Positions 21,777 to 33,204 of a stretch of 34,117 nucleotides of DNA are shown here, in pieces; positions within the stretch are counted from its first letter, which is position 1; every line of letters begins with the position of its first letter. The stretch spans positions 18,561,098 to 18,595,214 of the forward strand of contig NC_057751.1 in assembly GCF_004010195.1 (NCBI RefSeq), written 5' to 3'. The DNA is from Chiloscyllium plagiosum (Eukaryota). Below the pieces are notes generated by a model. That model was not told the DNA's origin. It did not search any database and worked only from the letters and a program-made list of their open reading frames with translations. Made by a program: the position numbers and the translations under genes.

Positions 21777-21959
21777 CAGAGTTTAGATCAGAGTGGTGCT
21801 GGATTCCCGTCATTTTTCCTGATCCTCGGATGCCAGGAGGGATGCCTTCCCTCAGTCATGTTGCTGCGATACCTATGATATCCCAGTCCACAGTTCCCAT
21901 ACATGCCTCTGCATTCTCGACCCGAAACGCTATTTCCATGATTTCTTCCCACAGGCGTT

Positions 21960-22495
21960 TTTTGCAATTCCTATTTTAGTTTGGGAATTGCAGCGTCCGC
22001 AGTCCTTTCGGATTTTCGGAGAAAGTTGCGCGTGTTAAACCGTTTCCTCACAAAACACATCAGGAAACCGGGTTCCTTTGGTTGGGACGGCGAAGGGAAA
22101 CGGGCTTATGCAGAAGGATCCTCGAACCCAAAGCGTTACCTCAGCTTTCTCCTCACAGAACGTAGAGTTTCTCCAGAAAAACGTCCCTTTTTTAAAAAAA
22201 AATGCAATAGCCGGATACTTGCTTCCTGCGTTTACTGGGGGAAGGGAAACGCCGCGAACACGCACAGAGTCATTGCCGTCCCGCGCCGCGACGGTTGGCT
22301 GGGGTGCAGCCGCGCACGTGGGCGGGACTACCGCGCCAGGCCAACGTCCATTCGCCAGAGCGGCCGCCGCTCAGCTGCCCTCCTCCACTAGGAAGCAAAG
22401 CCGCCTCGCGCAGCCGAGGAGTGGGAGAGAATGTGCGATCTGATTGGTCGCCTCCGGAAAAGGGGGTGGGAAGAGGAAACGGATTTGAATTTGGG
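21960..22495 (-). promoter_or_regulatory. CpG island / candidate promoter and non-coding first exon
   Basis: Dense CpG in an otherwise CpG-poor window. GC box GGGCGGG (22320-22326), CCAAT on the minus strand (22443-22447), GGAA ETS-like sites, and minus-strand donor GAG|GTAACG after 22140. Confidence 0.65.
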
Positions 22496-22498
22496 AAG

Positions 22499-23570
22499 GT
22501 TAAAACTCACACAACACCAGGTTATAGTCCAACAGGTTTAGGTGGAAGCACTATCTTTGGGAGGTGAGAGTGGAGGGCTCAATCCTAACACAGAATTTAT
22601 AGCAAAAGTTTACAGTGTGATGTAACTGAAATTATACATTGAAAAATCGATTGTCTGTTTCGCCTTTCATCTGTTAGAATACAGTGATAGTTTCACTTCT
22701 TTCATGTGTAAATCACAAACCCTTTTTTAAAAAATGTTGCATTCTCGGGTTAGCTGTTAACAAAGGTGACAGTATGTTGAAGGTGTCACCATTGTCTTTT
22801 CTTGCCTAGTTTATGTGTTTCAGCTATCTCAGCTATTTTGCTGAAGGCCCCCTGTGTTCTCTCTCTATGCCATGATGCTGTGAGAAACAAAAGCTCACTC
22901 ACTTTAATAATTTCAGTCCGAGACAAATATCTGAATCCGCCATTTATTTATACACCTATAGGTGGGTGCCCTGTCTCATTACCAGGTAAGGTAATGACAA
23001 AATGCACACCAAATCCAACAAACTCTCGAAATTTATACAGTTTGAATCCCCATATTTTTCCTTATTCCATTGTCTGTTCCCTGCTTCGCTTACGTCACTC
23101 ATTTCCTTAAGACTTATCCCACAACTTCTGTTTATCCTGTCTTGTCCGTGACAAACTCTTATCTCTGACTCCCATAAGGGTGTTTGACGTCAGTCTATTG
23201 TAGATTATTGATTAAGCATATCTTTTCTTCTATCAGCATCTATTTCCATCCAGAGGCCACTTTGACCTCTTTGATTAGGGTTTGTTCCTGTGTCCCCGTG
23301 TAAGGGGGAAACAGATGCTTTCCTGTTTGCCCATATATCCACCATTGTTCTGTATTCATGTCTCATGCTTTCTTTTTGCTGAATATGTATTTTCTCATTC
23401 CTATTCTGTATCAGAATTTATACTTGCAGAAATAACATTAATTCATTTATATCCCACAATGCTGAGATTGATTCTAATCTAAAAAGTGAGATAACGGAGT
23501 TTTACATAAATTCATGCAGTTTTTGAGGTCAGAGTTCTACATGAATGCACGCAGTTTTTGAGCAAAGTAC
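22499..23570 (-). repeat. Penelope-type dispersed shark repeat, split by a solo LTR and cut by the ERV LTR
   Basis: Starts GTTAAAACTCACACAACACCAGGTTATAGTCCAACAGG. It resumes after the solo LTR at 23463 (GAGATTGATTCTAATCTAAAAAG) and stops at the TG of the ERV LTR at 23571. Confidence 0.6.
22879..23458 (-). mobile_element. Solo LTR (580 bp), ERV-like
   Basis: TGTGAGA...TCCCACA termini and 4-bp TSD ATGC (22875-22878 and 23459-23462). Minus-strand ATTAAA near 22903 and TATAAA near 23032 give the orientation. Confidence 0.85.
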
Positions 23571-24370
23571 TGTTAGAAACAGGTTTTAATAAAATTAGAC
23601 GACACCACCAAAACTGGAAACAAGACTTTATTCTACGATCTTGCAAGAAAGGGCATCAAATGCAGAAGCAAATGAGCAATGAACATTCAAACTAGTACAC
23701 AGTTATACTTTTGAGCTGCGTGAGGTCACCTCTTCTGACTCCTACATTACCCAATCAACTTTATTCTCTGACTAACTTGCGATCTGGTCTTATTATTCCC
23801 CCCCTTCTCCAAGTTGGCGACCCTTCCCTCTGTAAGTGCTGACATAAGGAAGATTCTGCTAAACTTGGATCTTGATGTTCGTTTCACTTTTGTCTGTTTT
23901 GCTTGTAACATCTTCCATTCCTAGGTATATTCCATTCCTGAGTATACATTTTAACAATGTCTTTTCTTGCCTAGTTTATGTGTTTCAGCTATCTCAGCTA
24001 TTTTGCTGAGACTAAATTATTTAAACTATCATGATGAAACAAATTATTTACTAGAATAATTATGCACTAAGGATTATGCACTAATTATACACTAGAATAA
24101 TTATGCACTTCGACATTCCTGAAGAAGGGCTCATGCCCGAAACATCGATTCTCCTGCTCCATGGATGCTGCCTGACTTGCTGCGCTTTTCCAGCAACACA
24201 TTTTCAGCTCTAATTATGCACTAAAGTTAGTACCCAATTATACATTTCCCCAGAGCTTGTTGATTTAATCATTGTCTGCAGCTGCCCTTTACACTTGATT
24301 TATCAGCACTATACTTAAGCTTATTATCACTACCTTTTTGCGAAAACAACACACTTCCCCATTTCTTACA
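23571..24370 (-). mobile_element. ERV 3' LTR
   Basis: TGTTAGAAA...TTTCTTACA inverted termini. The minus-strand PPT AAGAAAAGAAATGGGGGAG(T) at 24371-24390 abuts the LTR. Minus-strand AATAAA at 23627-23632. Confidence 0.85.
24111..24210 (+). mobile_element. Penelope-like terminal fragment with hammerhead motif inside ERV LTR
   Basis: ATTC-CTGAAGA-AGGGC-TCAT-GCCC-GAAACATCGATT, flanked by TAATTATGCACT on both sides. Confidence 0.75.
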
Positions 24371-24535
24371 ACTCCCCCATTTCTTTTCTTTTACTATTTG
24401 TTGTTTTTGAAATTTTATTATCTGCCCGCTTTTCACCCTAAGGTGCAGAGGTCCACAATCTTGCCATTTCTGCCCTCCTAAGTCTGCCTTTTTACAAACT
24501 CTAGGAGTAATCTGCCACTCCTAGAGGCAAAATGG

Positions 24536-26477
24536 GAGGATATTTAATTGGGGAAGAGGAAACTATGATGCGATTAGACATGAGTTCGGAAGCATGGATT
24601 GGGAGCAGTTGTTCCATGGTAAAGGCACTCTAGACATGTGGAGACTGTTTAAGGAAAAGTTGTTGCAAGTGATGAATAAATATGTCCCTCTGAGACAGGC
24701 AAGAAGTGGTAAGATAAGGAACCTTGGATGACGAGAGCGGTGGAGCTTCTTGTCAAAAGGAAAAAGGTAGCTTACGTAAGAGGAAGCTAGGGTCAAGCTC
24801 AGCTCTACAGGATTACAGACAGGCAAGGAAGGAGCTTAAAAATGATCTGAGGTGAGCCAGGAGGGGGCACGAGAAAGGCTTGGCAGAACGGATTAGGGAG
24901 AACACAAAGGCATTTTACACTTATGTGAGGAATAAGAGAATGGTCAAAGAAAGAGTAGGCCCGATCAGGGAGTGTGTGGAGTCTGAGGAGGTAGGGGAAG
25001 CCCAAATGAGTTTTTTGCTTCTGTCTTTATGAAAGAAACGAACTTTGTAGTGAATGAAACCTTTGAAGAGCAGGCGTGCATGCTGAAATGGATAGAGATA
25101 GAGGAAGCTGATGTGCTGAAAATTTTGTCAAACATTAAGATTGACAAGTCGCCAGGCCCGGACCAGATTTGTCCTCGGCTGCTTTGGGAAATGAGAAATG
25201 CAATTGCTTCGCCACTTGCGAAGATCTTTTCATCCTCGCTCCCCACTGGAGTCGTACCTGAGGACTGGAGAGAGGCAAATGTAATTCCTCTCTTCAAGAA
25301 AGAAAATAGGGAAATCTCCGGCACTTACAGACCAGTAAGTCTCACGTCTGTCGTCTGCAAGGTGTTAGAAAGGATTCTGAGCATGGCTTGATTAAATGCA
25401 GTCAACACGGCTTTGTGAGGGGCAGGTCATGCCTCACAAACCTTATCAAGTTCTTTGAGGATGTGACTAGAAAAGTTGATAAGGGTCGAGCTGTGGATGT
25501 GGTGTATATGGACTTTATCAAGGCATTTGATAAGGTTCCCCATGGTAGGCTCATTCAGAAGGTCAGGAGGAATGGGATTCAGGGGAACATAGCTGTCTGG
25601 ATACAGAATTGGCTGGCCAACAGAAGACAGCAAGTGGTAGTAGAAGGAAAATATTCTGCCTGGAAGTNNNNNNNNNNNNNNNNNNNNNNNNNNNNNNNNN
25701 NNNNNNNNNNNNNNNNNNNNNNNNNNNNNNNNNNNNNNNNNNNNNNNNNNNNNNNNNNNNNNNNNNNNNNNNNNNNNNNNNNNNNNNNNNNNNNNNNNNN
25801 NNNNNNNNNNNNNNNNNNNNNNNNNNNNNNNNNNNNNNNNNNNNNNNNNNNNNNNNNNNNNNNNNNNNNNNNNNNNNNNNNNNNNNNNNNNNNNNNNNNN
25901 NNNNNNNNNNNNNNNNNNNNNNNNNNNNNNNNNNNNNNNNNNNNNNNNNNNNNNNNNNNNNNNNNNNNNNNNNNNNNNNNNNNNNNNNNNNNNNNNNNNN
26001 NNNNNNNNNNNNNNNNNNNNNNNNNNNNNNNNNNNNNNNNNNNNNNNNNNNNNNNNNNNNNNNNNNNNNNNNNNNNNNNNNNNNNNNNNNNNNNNNNNNN
26101 NNNNNNNNNNNNNNNNNNNNNNNNNNNNNNNNNNNNNNNNNNNNNNNNNNNNNNNNNNNNNTGAGAGGCATAGATGGAGTCGATAGCCAGAGACTATTTC
26201 CCAGGGCAGAAATGACACGAGGGGTCATAGATTTAAGCTGGTTGGAGGAAAGTATAGAGGGGATGTCAGAGGCGGGTTCTTTACACAGAGAGTTGTGAGA
26301 GCATGGAATGCGTTGCCAGCAGCAGTTGTGGAGGCAGGGTCATTGGGGACATTTAAGAGATCCTCGACATACATATGGTCACAGAAATTTGAGGGTGCAT
26401 ACATGAGGATCAGTGGTCGGCACAACATCGTGGGCTGAAGGGCCTGTTCTGTGCTGTACTGTTCTATGTTCTATGTT
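24536..26477 (+). mobile_element. CR1 LINE inserted between env and the ERV 3' UTR
   Basis: ORF2 motifs [55 protein letters not shown]. (TTCTATG)n tail. Contains the assembly gap. Confidence 0.92.
25668..26161. other. Assembly gap (N run)
   Basis: 494 N bases. ORFs containing X here are artefacts. Confidence 1.
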
Positions 26478-26649
26478 GTGCATGCGCTGTTGTCATGACC
26501 AACATTGATTGTTGTCCTCCTAAAGACATTGAGGAGAAAGTGAGGTCTGCAGATGCTGGAGATCAAAGTTGAAACTTTATTGCTGGAACAGCACAGCAGG
26601 TCAGGCAGGGCCTGTTCTGTGCTGTACTGTTCTATGTTCTATGTTCTAT

Positions 26650-27880
26650 GTTGTGCATGCGCTGTTGTCATGACCAACATTGATTGTTGTCCTCCTAAAG
26701 ACATTACCAACTTACTCATTATCCAATTTAACATGTTCAATCCTATCATTAGACTTACTATTATCAGTAATACATAAATGCCTAAATTAACTGGCCACTT
26801 TCCCCAAACAGTCGCCCGATCCCCATCCCTCATCTTTTCGAAGTTCATCCCCAATTTCTCTTATATTCTTTATCTTTTTCTTTACTATTTCTTCCTTATC
26901 TTCCACTGTGGAAAAGGTGTCTGGGATGAAGGTGCAGCATTCCTTACCAATCAGAGTACAGGTTCCCCCTTTTTCGGCCAAGAGATAGCCTAAAGCCATT
27001 CGATTCTGAAAGGCTGTTAGTCTTGTGGCAGCCATTTCGGTGGTTATGGCCGATATTTGTGACTGAGTTTCTCCCATTACGTCGACGGTTTCATTAATTA
27101 ACTTCTCAAGGGCAGCCGCCAGTTTCTGTATTTCTACACCTGCCCTTGCAGTGCCGTAGTTTGGGAATAGTGTCCACAACAGATGGTCTCCTTCAGAGAC
27201 CTCTCGGGCCTTACGTCTTATTCCCCCCTCGTTTCTCAGGTTGTGCTCATGTTTTCCTAATCGGAGGTGAGAAACTATATAAACGAGGTAACAGCAGCCA
27301 CTCCAGCCTTTCTGACTTTGAGGCAATGTTTCATCAACATTATAACATGCATGCATTCCTATACATTCGATTACGCGAATGTATTTTTCCCGGGAATAAA
27401 TGGATAGGCCTTCTTGCCGCATATCCAATATGTTCCGTTTAATATAAGGGGAACGATAGTGGCAGTGGCTTGGCTGGTGTAGACACAAGATGATTTTCCT
27501 AATTAGAAGGGTGCGGCGTTATTCTGATTACCGAAACGGGTGGTATTTACTGCTCCTTTCGGTGGGGAAACTCTCAGGCTTTTTGGGGCTGGTCGAGGGA
27601 ACCATCCCGCAAAGTTATATTCACCCCTGTCAAAACTCCACTTTGTACCATTTGAGCCCGAGTCAAATTGTTGTACATCGTACACTTCTCTTTTGGTGAG
27701 CGGTATTACCGAGGTAGCGATCCCAGATTCGCCATGGTGTGGGACCTCTGCACAGACCCAACAGTTGGCAAGTCCTTTTTGTTCAGCATAATTTTAGCAT
27801 AGTGAAGTGAAGTGATTTTTTCCACCTCCTTGAACAGTTAATACTACTAACATTATAATGCTATAAAAGTACCCGTCTAT
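26650..27880 (-). pseudogene. env: ERV env (gamma-type), disrupted
   Basis: SU CWVC (CxxC) motif near 27760, furin site RRKAR, heptad repeat, immunosuppressive domain FQNRMALGYLLAEKGG, CX6CC (CTLIGKECC). The membrane anchor IYVLLIIVSLMIGL is in a shifted frame. Confidence 0.9.
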
Positions 27881-28002
27881 TTCTGACCCCTGCCCACCGT
27901 CCTGTCTATCTGTCTGAATCTTTTAGGCACCAGGGAGAGGTGAGTCCACGCAGCCCTTACAATCAGTAACAATCAAACGTTAAAAAAGTCTTTTGTCTCA
28001 GT

Positions 28003-31000
28003 TCATTCCTCCTTTCTCAGCTTAACTTTCAGAGAGTTGTCTGTCGGATGAGCTTGCCACTCCGCCGATGGGGCCTTCACAGGACCTTTGACACAAGTGT
28101 GATGACTCCACCCTTTCTCAGCAGTCTGGATAGCTGTCTCAGTAGTCAGGAGGGTTAGGAATGGTTCCTCCCAGCTCGGGTGCAGTTTGGTATCTTTCCA
28201 GGTCTTGATCATGACCCAATCACCCAGTCGTATCCGATGTGCTGCAAACTCAAGTGGCGGTGTCTGTACCAAAGGCCTTTATTCCTAAGAATAGATAATG
28301 AAGAGCCAAGTGCCACAATATAATTTTTCAAAAACTTGTCATTAAACTTAGCTGTAGGCACTTCTCTTTTCCCTCCCAGGAATGGTAGCCCAAACATCAT
28401 TTCATAAGGAGAAAGGCCGATATCTTGCCTTGGGGCACTCCGAACGTGTAATAACGCAATAGGCAAACATTTGGTCCATAGTAATCAAGTGTCTAGGACT
28501 AGCTTGGATAATTGTTTCTTTAAGGTCTGATTCATTCGTTCCACCCGTCCAGAGGAAGGTGGGTGCAAGGGATGTGGAATACCCAAGAGATCTCTAATCC
28601 TGCCATTACTCCTTGTAGAATCTTGGAAGTAAAATGGCTACCTTGGTCTGAATCTATACTTTCCACTATTCCATATCGTAGAATGATATGTTCAAGGAGG
28701 GTTTTCGCCACTCCTTTTGAGGTGGCCGATGACATTGGGAAAGCTTCCACCCACCCGGTTAGGTGGTCTACCAGGACCAACAGGTACTTCTGTTTTCCCA
28801 CTGGGGTAGTTCAGTGTAATCCACCTGTATACTTTGTCAGGGTGTCACCCCTGGGTTTCTCCCTCCTTTGGGCCCTTCCCTTGTTACTTTCTTATTGATC
28901 TTCTGACAAGTTGTACACCCTGTGCATTTCTATTTTGCCAACATATATATTCCCTTACATCCATATTTCCTTCATACTATGTCACACATAGCTTGGGAGC
29001 CCCAACGACTACCCTGGTCATTGGCTAAGATGTTTCTCATGACTGGTTTACTCAACAATTCCCTCCCATCCGGGAGGATCCACCTTCCTTCAGTTGTGTT
29101 AGTGGCTCCTATTTCCTGGAATTCTTTTTCCTCTTCCTCTGTGTACACGGGGTTCACAGAAGAAGAGTCGACTAGGGGTGTATAAAATCTGCATCTTTGT
29201 TACTGTATGGTTCATAGCTGCCTCTTTGGCTGTCTCGTCTGCTAGTCTGTTTCCCCTTGTTTCTAGAGTGTTCCCTTTCTGATGTCCGGGTATATGGACT
29301 ATAGCTATTTCCTGGGGTAATTCCAAACTTTTCAATACTTGTCCTATCAACTCATCGTGTACTAATTCCTTTCCCCGACTATTGATTAGTCCTCGTTCTT
29401 GCCATATCTTTCCGAAGGTATGGGCTATCCCGTAAGCGTATTTAGAGTCGGTGTAAATTGTCCCATCTCGATTCTCTAAGTATTTTAAAGCTTGGTTTAA
29501 TGCGTACCGTTCACAAGTCTGGGCCGACCATGTGTTAGTCAGCTGGTCAGCTTCCACTGTTCGGTTCTCATCACCATCTACTACTGCATATCCATTGTGT
29601 CTTTTTCCTTCCATTACCCTCGATGATGCATCTATAAACAATTTGTCCCCGTCATGTAAGAGGATATCTCTTAGGTCCTGTCTAACTTTGGTTTTATACT
29701 CGATGATATCTGAACAGTCATGTTCTAATTCTCATTTGTCCAGAGGTTCTCCCTTCCATAGGAAGGTAGCTGGGTTTAGACAGGTGTCTGTTGCTAATAC
29801 AAGGTCATCTCTCTCCATCAGGATGGCCTCATATTTTAAAATTCGCGAATCTGTCAACCACCTCCCTGCCTTTTGGTTTAACATGATTCTGACTTGATGG
29901 GGGGTACTAACGACTAGCGCCCCTCCAAAAGTAAGTTTCCGGCTTTCCTCTACCAGTATGGCAGTTGCTGTTACTGCCTGTATACATTCAGGCCATCCCC
30001 TCGAGACAAGGTCTTCTTCTGTGAACCCCGTGTACACAGAGGAAGAGGAAAAAGAATTCCAGGAAATAGGAGCCACTAACACAACTGAAGGAAGGTGGAT
30101 CCTCCCGGATGGGAGGGAATTGTTGAGTAAACCAGTCATGAGAAACATCTTAGCCAATGACCAGGGTAGTCGTTGGGGCTCCCAAGCTATGTGTGACATA
30201 GTATGAAGGAAATATGGATGTAAGGGATCTTAGACAGGAAGGCTATGGGCTGCCACCTTCCCCCTCTTTTCTGAGTTAACACTCCTAAGGCTGCTCCATC
30301 ATTTACTGTCACAAAAAGGTGAAATGATTTCTCTAGGGAGGGAAGGGCCAATACTGGTGCTTGTATTAGACTACGCTTCAACTCATGTAACCCTTCCTTC
30401 TCCTCTTCTGTCCAGTGCAGTCGGTTGTGTTCGGACTCTGTCAGTTTATAATATAACCCCTTCGTTTTCTGGGCGTATGCTTCTATCCATAATCTACAAT
30501 AGCCCACCAGCCCCAGGAACTTCCGTAATTCTCATTTTGTGGTCGGAAGGGGCAGTTCTACTATCCCTTGAATTCTATTGGGGTTAACACGCCTAGTTCC
30601 CTCGCTAATAAGGTGTCCTAAGTATTTCACCTCTTTCTCTACATATTGCAATTTATTCCTAGATACTCTTACATCCTGTTGCCTGAGGAAATATAACAGT
30701 CCATGGGTGGCCGAACTTACATCATTTCTCTTTCGTTCTGACACAAGTCCACATATTACAACAGTGATGTCTCTTGAGGCATTTTATATTGTTCCAGGAC
30801 TTGTTCCAGTACTTATCCTAATAGATTAGGTGATTCTGTGAATCCCTGGGGAAGTACCGCCCATCGGAACTGTTGTTTTCTGCCAGTGTATGGGTATTCC
30901 CATTCAAAAGCGAACGTGTCGAGGCTTTCTGGGGCTAAAGGACAAGCCCAGAATGCATCTTTTAAATCTACTACACTAAACCAGCGGTGGTCACACGGTA

Positions 31001-31699
31001 TCTTACTCAAAAGAGTGTATGGATTGGGTACCACTGGGTGCCATGTCCAGACCAGTTGGTTCACTGATCTGAGATCTTGTACCAGTCGGTAAGTTCAATC
31101 TGGCTTCCGGACGGGTAGTATTGGGGTTTTAAAGGGTGACATCCTTCTTTTACTAGGGAATCTATTATTGGTTGTAGACCCTTGCGTCCCTCTAATGAAA
31201 CCGGATACTGTTTAAGTCTTACTGCCTTATTTTCTTGGGACAGTGTAATTACGATGGGATCAATGTTCAAATAACCTGTGTTCCCAGCTCTTGCCCACAC
31301 ATTGGGATTTATCTGTTCTTTGTCACTAATCATTAGTTTATTTATCGTCACAGCTACTGAATTATTCTCCACTCCAATCTTTAAATTTAACAAAAGTATC
31401 AAATCCCTACCCAAAAGATTGCTTCCAATGTCCGGAATATATAATAGTTGTCCCGTCACTTCTTCGCAATTTCCCCTTATTAGAGTCGGCTCGAAAATGG
31501 GCACTAAGAATTCTTCACCTTTTACTCCAGAAACCCTAAGACTCTTGTTAGTCAATTTAACACCGCTAGGTCTAAAACTTAGGGATGACCGTGCCACTCC
31601 CGTATCCACCAAAAATACTGCCTCCTCTCCTTCAGGTCCCACTTTTAAATTTATCAAGGGTTCCCCGTGGGTCTCTGGAGGAAGGAACCCCTGACTCCC
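28003..31699 (-). pseudogene. pol: ERV pro-pol (PR, RT, RNase H, IN), disrupted
   Basis: PR FLVDTG...LLGRD. RT VVPNPYTLL, VVDLKDAFW, LPQGFTESP, damaged YVD(D). RNase H FIDASS, TDSKYAYG. IN LVDHLTGWVEAFP, DSDQGSHF, C-terminal WEEPF. Confidence 0.95.
30012..30227 (+). repeat. 216-bp inverted copy of 28951-29166 inserted in pol
   Basis: The same peptide VNPVYTEEEEKEFQEIG...WGSQAMCDIV appears on opposite strands. No nucleotide mismatch was found by eye. Confidence 0.95.
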
Positions 31700-33204
31700 C
31701 AATTCTTCATCAAAAGACATCAATGAAACTGCCTCTCTTTGTCGTCCTAGCTTTGGACATTGCCTTTTAAAATGCCCTACTTTTCCGCAGTAATAACATC
31801 CTGCCTGTTGCCTTCTTTCTCTACAATCTGGTCTCTGTCTCTCTTGTCCTCCCCTGTTGTTTTCTGGTTCTAACCTTTCCTTCGTAATTTCCTCAACCGC
31901 TGTAACCATTATTTTAGCTTTCTGTTTTTGTTTCTTGTCTTCTCTTTTCACATACACTTTCTGTGCCTCATGTAACAATTCTTCCATCTGTCTTTCACTC
32001 CATCCATCTAATTTCTGTAACTTCTTTTGTATGTCCGGCCATGATTTAGTCACAAACTGGACCTTTAAAAGTCCCTGAGCTACCGGATCATCAGGATCCA
32101 TTCCCAAATATTTTCTAGTGGCCTCTTTTAGTCTCTGTAAGAATGCCGACGGAGTTTCATCTTTCTCCTGTCTCATTTCAAAGGCTTTCACAAAATTCTG
32201 AGATCTAGGTGCTACTTCTTTAATACCCAAAATGACCAATTCTCGAAAGTCTCTCATTTCTCCCCTATCGTATTCATCCATGCCCTTCCAATGGGGGTCC
32301 ACATTGGGGAATTTGTTTTCAGCTGGTATTACTCCCTTACCCACCGGATGTCTCTTTTCCCATTCCCTTAGAGCAGCTCTTCTAATCATACCCCTCTCTT
32401 CTCCTGAAAGTAGCGTCCCCAGAATGCTCATCAGTTCACTCCATGTATACAAACTCAGCCCCAAAAATTGATCCAACTATTCCGCCAATCCTACAGGGTC
32501 TTCACTCAAACTTTTCATTTCTTTTTTAAAGGTTCTAACGTCACTACTAGTCAGTGGTGCATTAACATATCCGATTTCGCCGTTACCGACGGGTACTTCT
32601 CTAAGGGGATATATTTGTGCTGCTGCACCGCCTATGTCCCTCTCTTCCCTCCTTTTCACTGTTGATCTAGTTTTAATCGGACTCACGGGGAAGTTTCTCT
32701 CCAGACCTTTTTCAAGCTCTTGTACTGGGGGGGCGCTGTGGGAGAGGGGGACGATGACGACGACGGACCATTATTGTCATTGTCGTAAGGGGGAGGTAAA
32801 CTTGACAAAGGATCCCAATGGGAAACCTTTGATTTCTCATCGCCTTCTTCTGTCTTTGACTTTTGCAAGACAAAGATTTTCAGACTCCCTATCCAACAGG
32901 TGGCGTAGTCAGGTTCTTTATGGGAGTACCTTTGTTTCTTATTTACATATATATTTAACTCTTGACATAGCCAGTCCTCATCTGACCCATATTTAGGCCA
33001 AAAAACACTTGGAGGTTTAATGCTTTCCTTTGTCCAGACGAAACAACAACATTTTATCGTTTGTTTTTTATCCTTTCCTCACGTCCGAGGATTGTACTTC
33101 CAATCTCTTAACATTTTTCCTAAAGGACTGTCCATTGGGATGTGGTCCTCGGACATCTCTCTCATGTCTCCTTCAACACTTAAACGAATATTCTTATTTC
33201 CCAT
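31700..33204 (-). pseudogene. gag: ERV gag, disrupted
   Basis: MG start (MGNKNIR...DSPLGKML...FWPKYGSDEDWLCQ), late domains PPPY and PTAP, CA with MHR (QEKDETPSAFLQRL), NC knuckle CYYCGKVGHFKRQC. Internal stops and frameshifts. Confidence 0.92.

Noticed and set aside
21981..22567. Overlapping 76-136 aa ORFs in the CpG island
   Set aside because: These are expected from high GC content. Most have non-ATG starts and none has a recognisable domain.
25388..26298. Long ORFs of 221-263 aa
   Set aside because: Artefacts of the N gap within a CR1.
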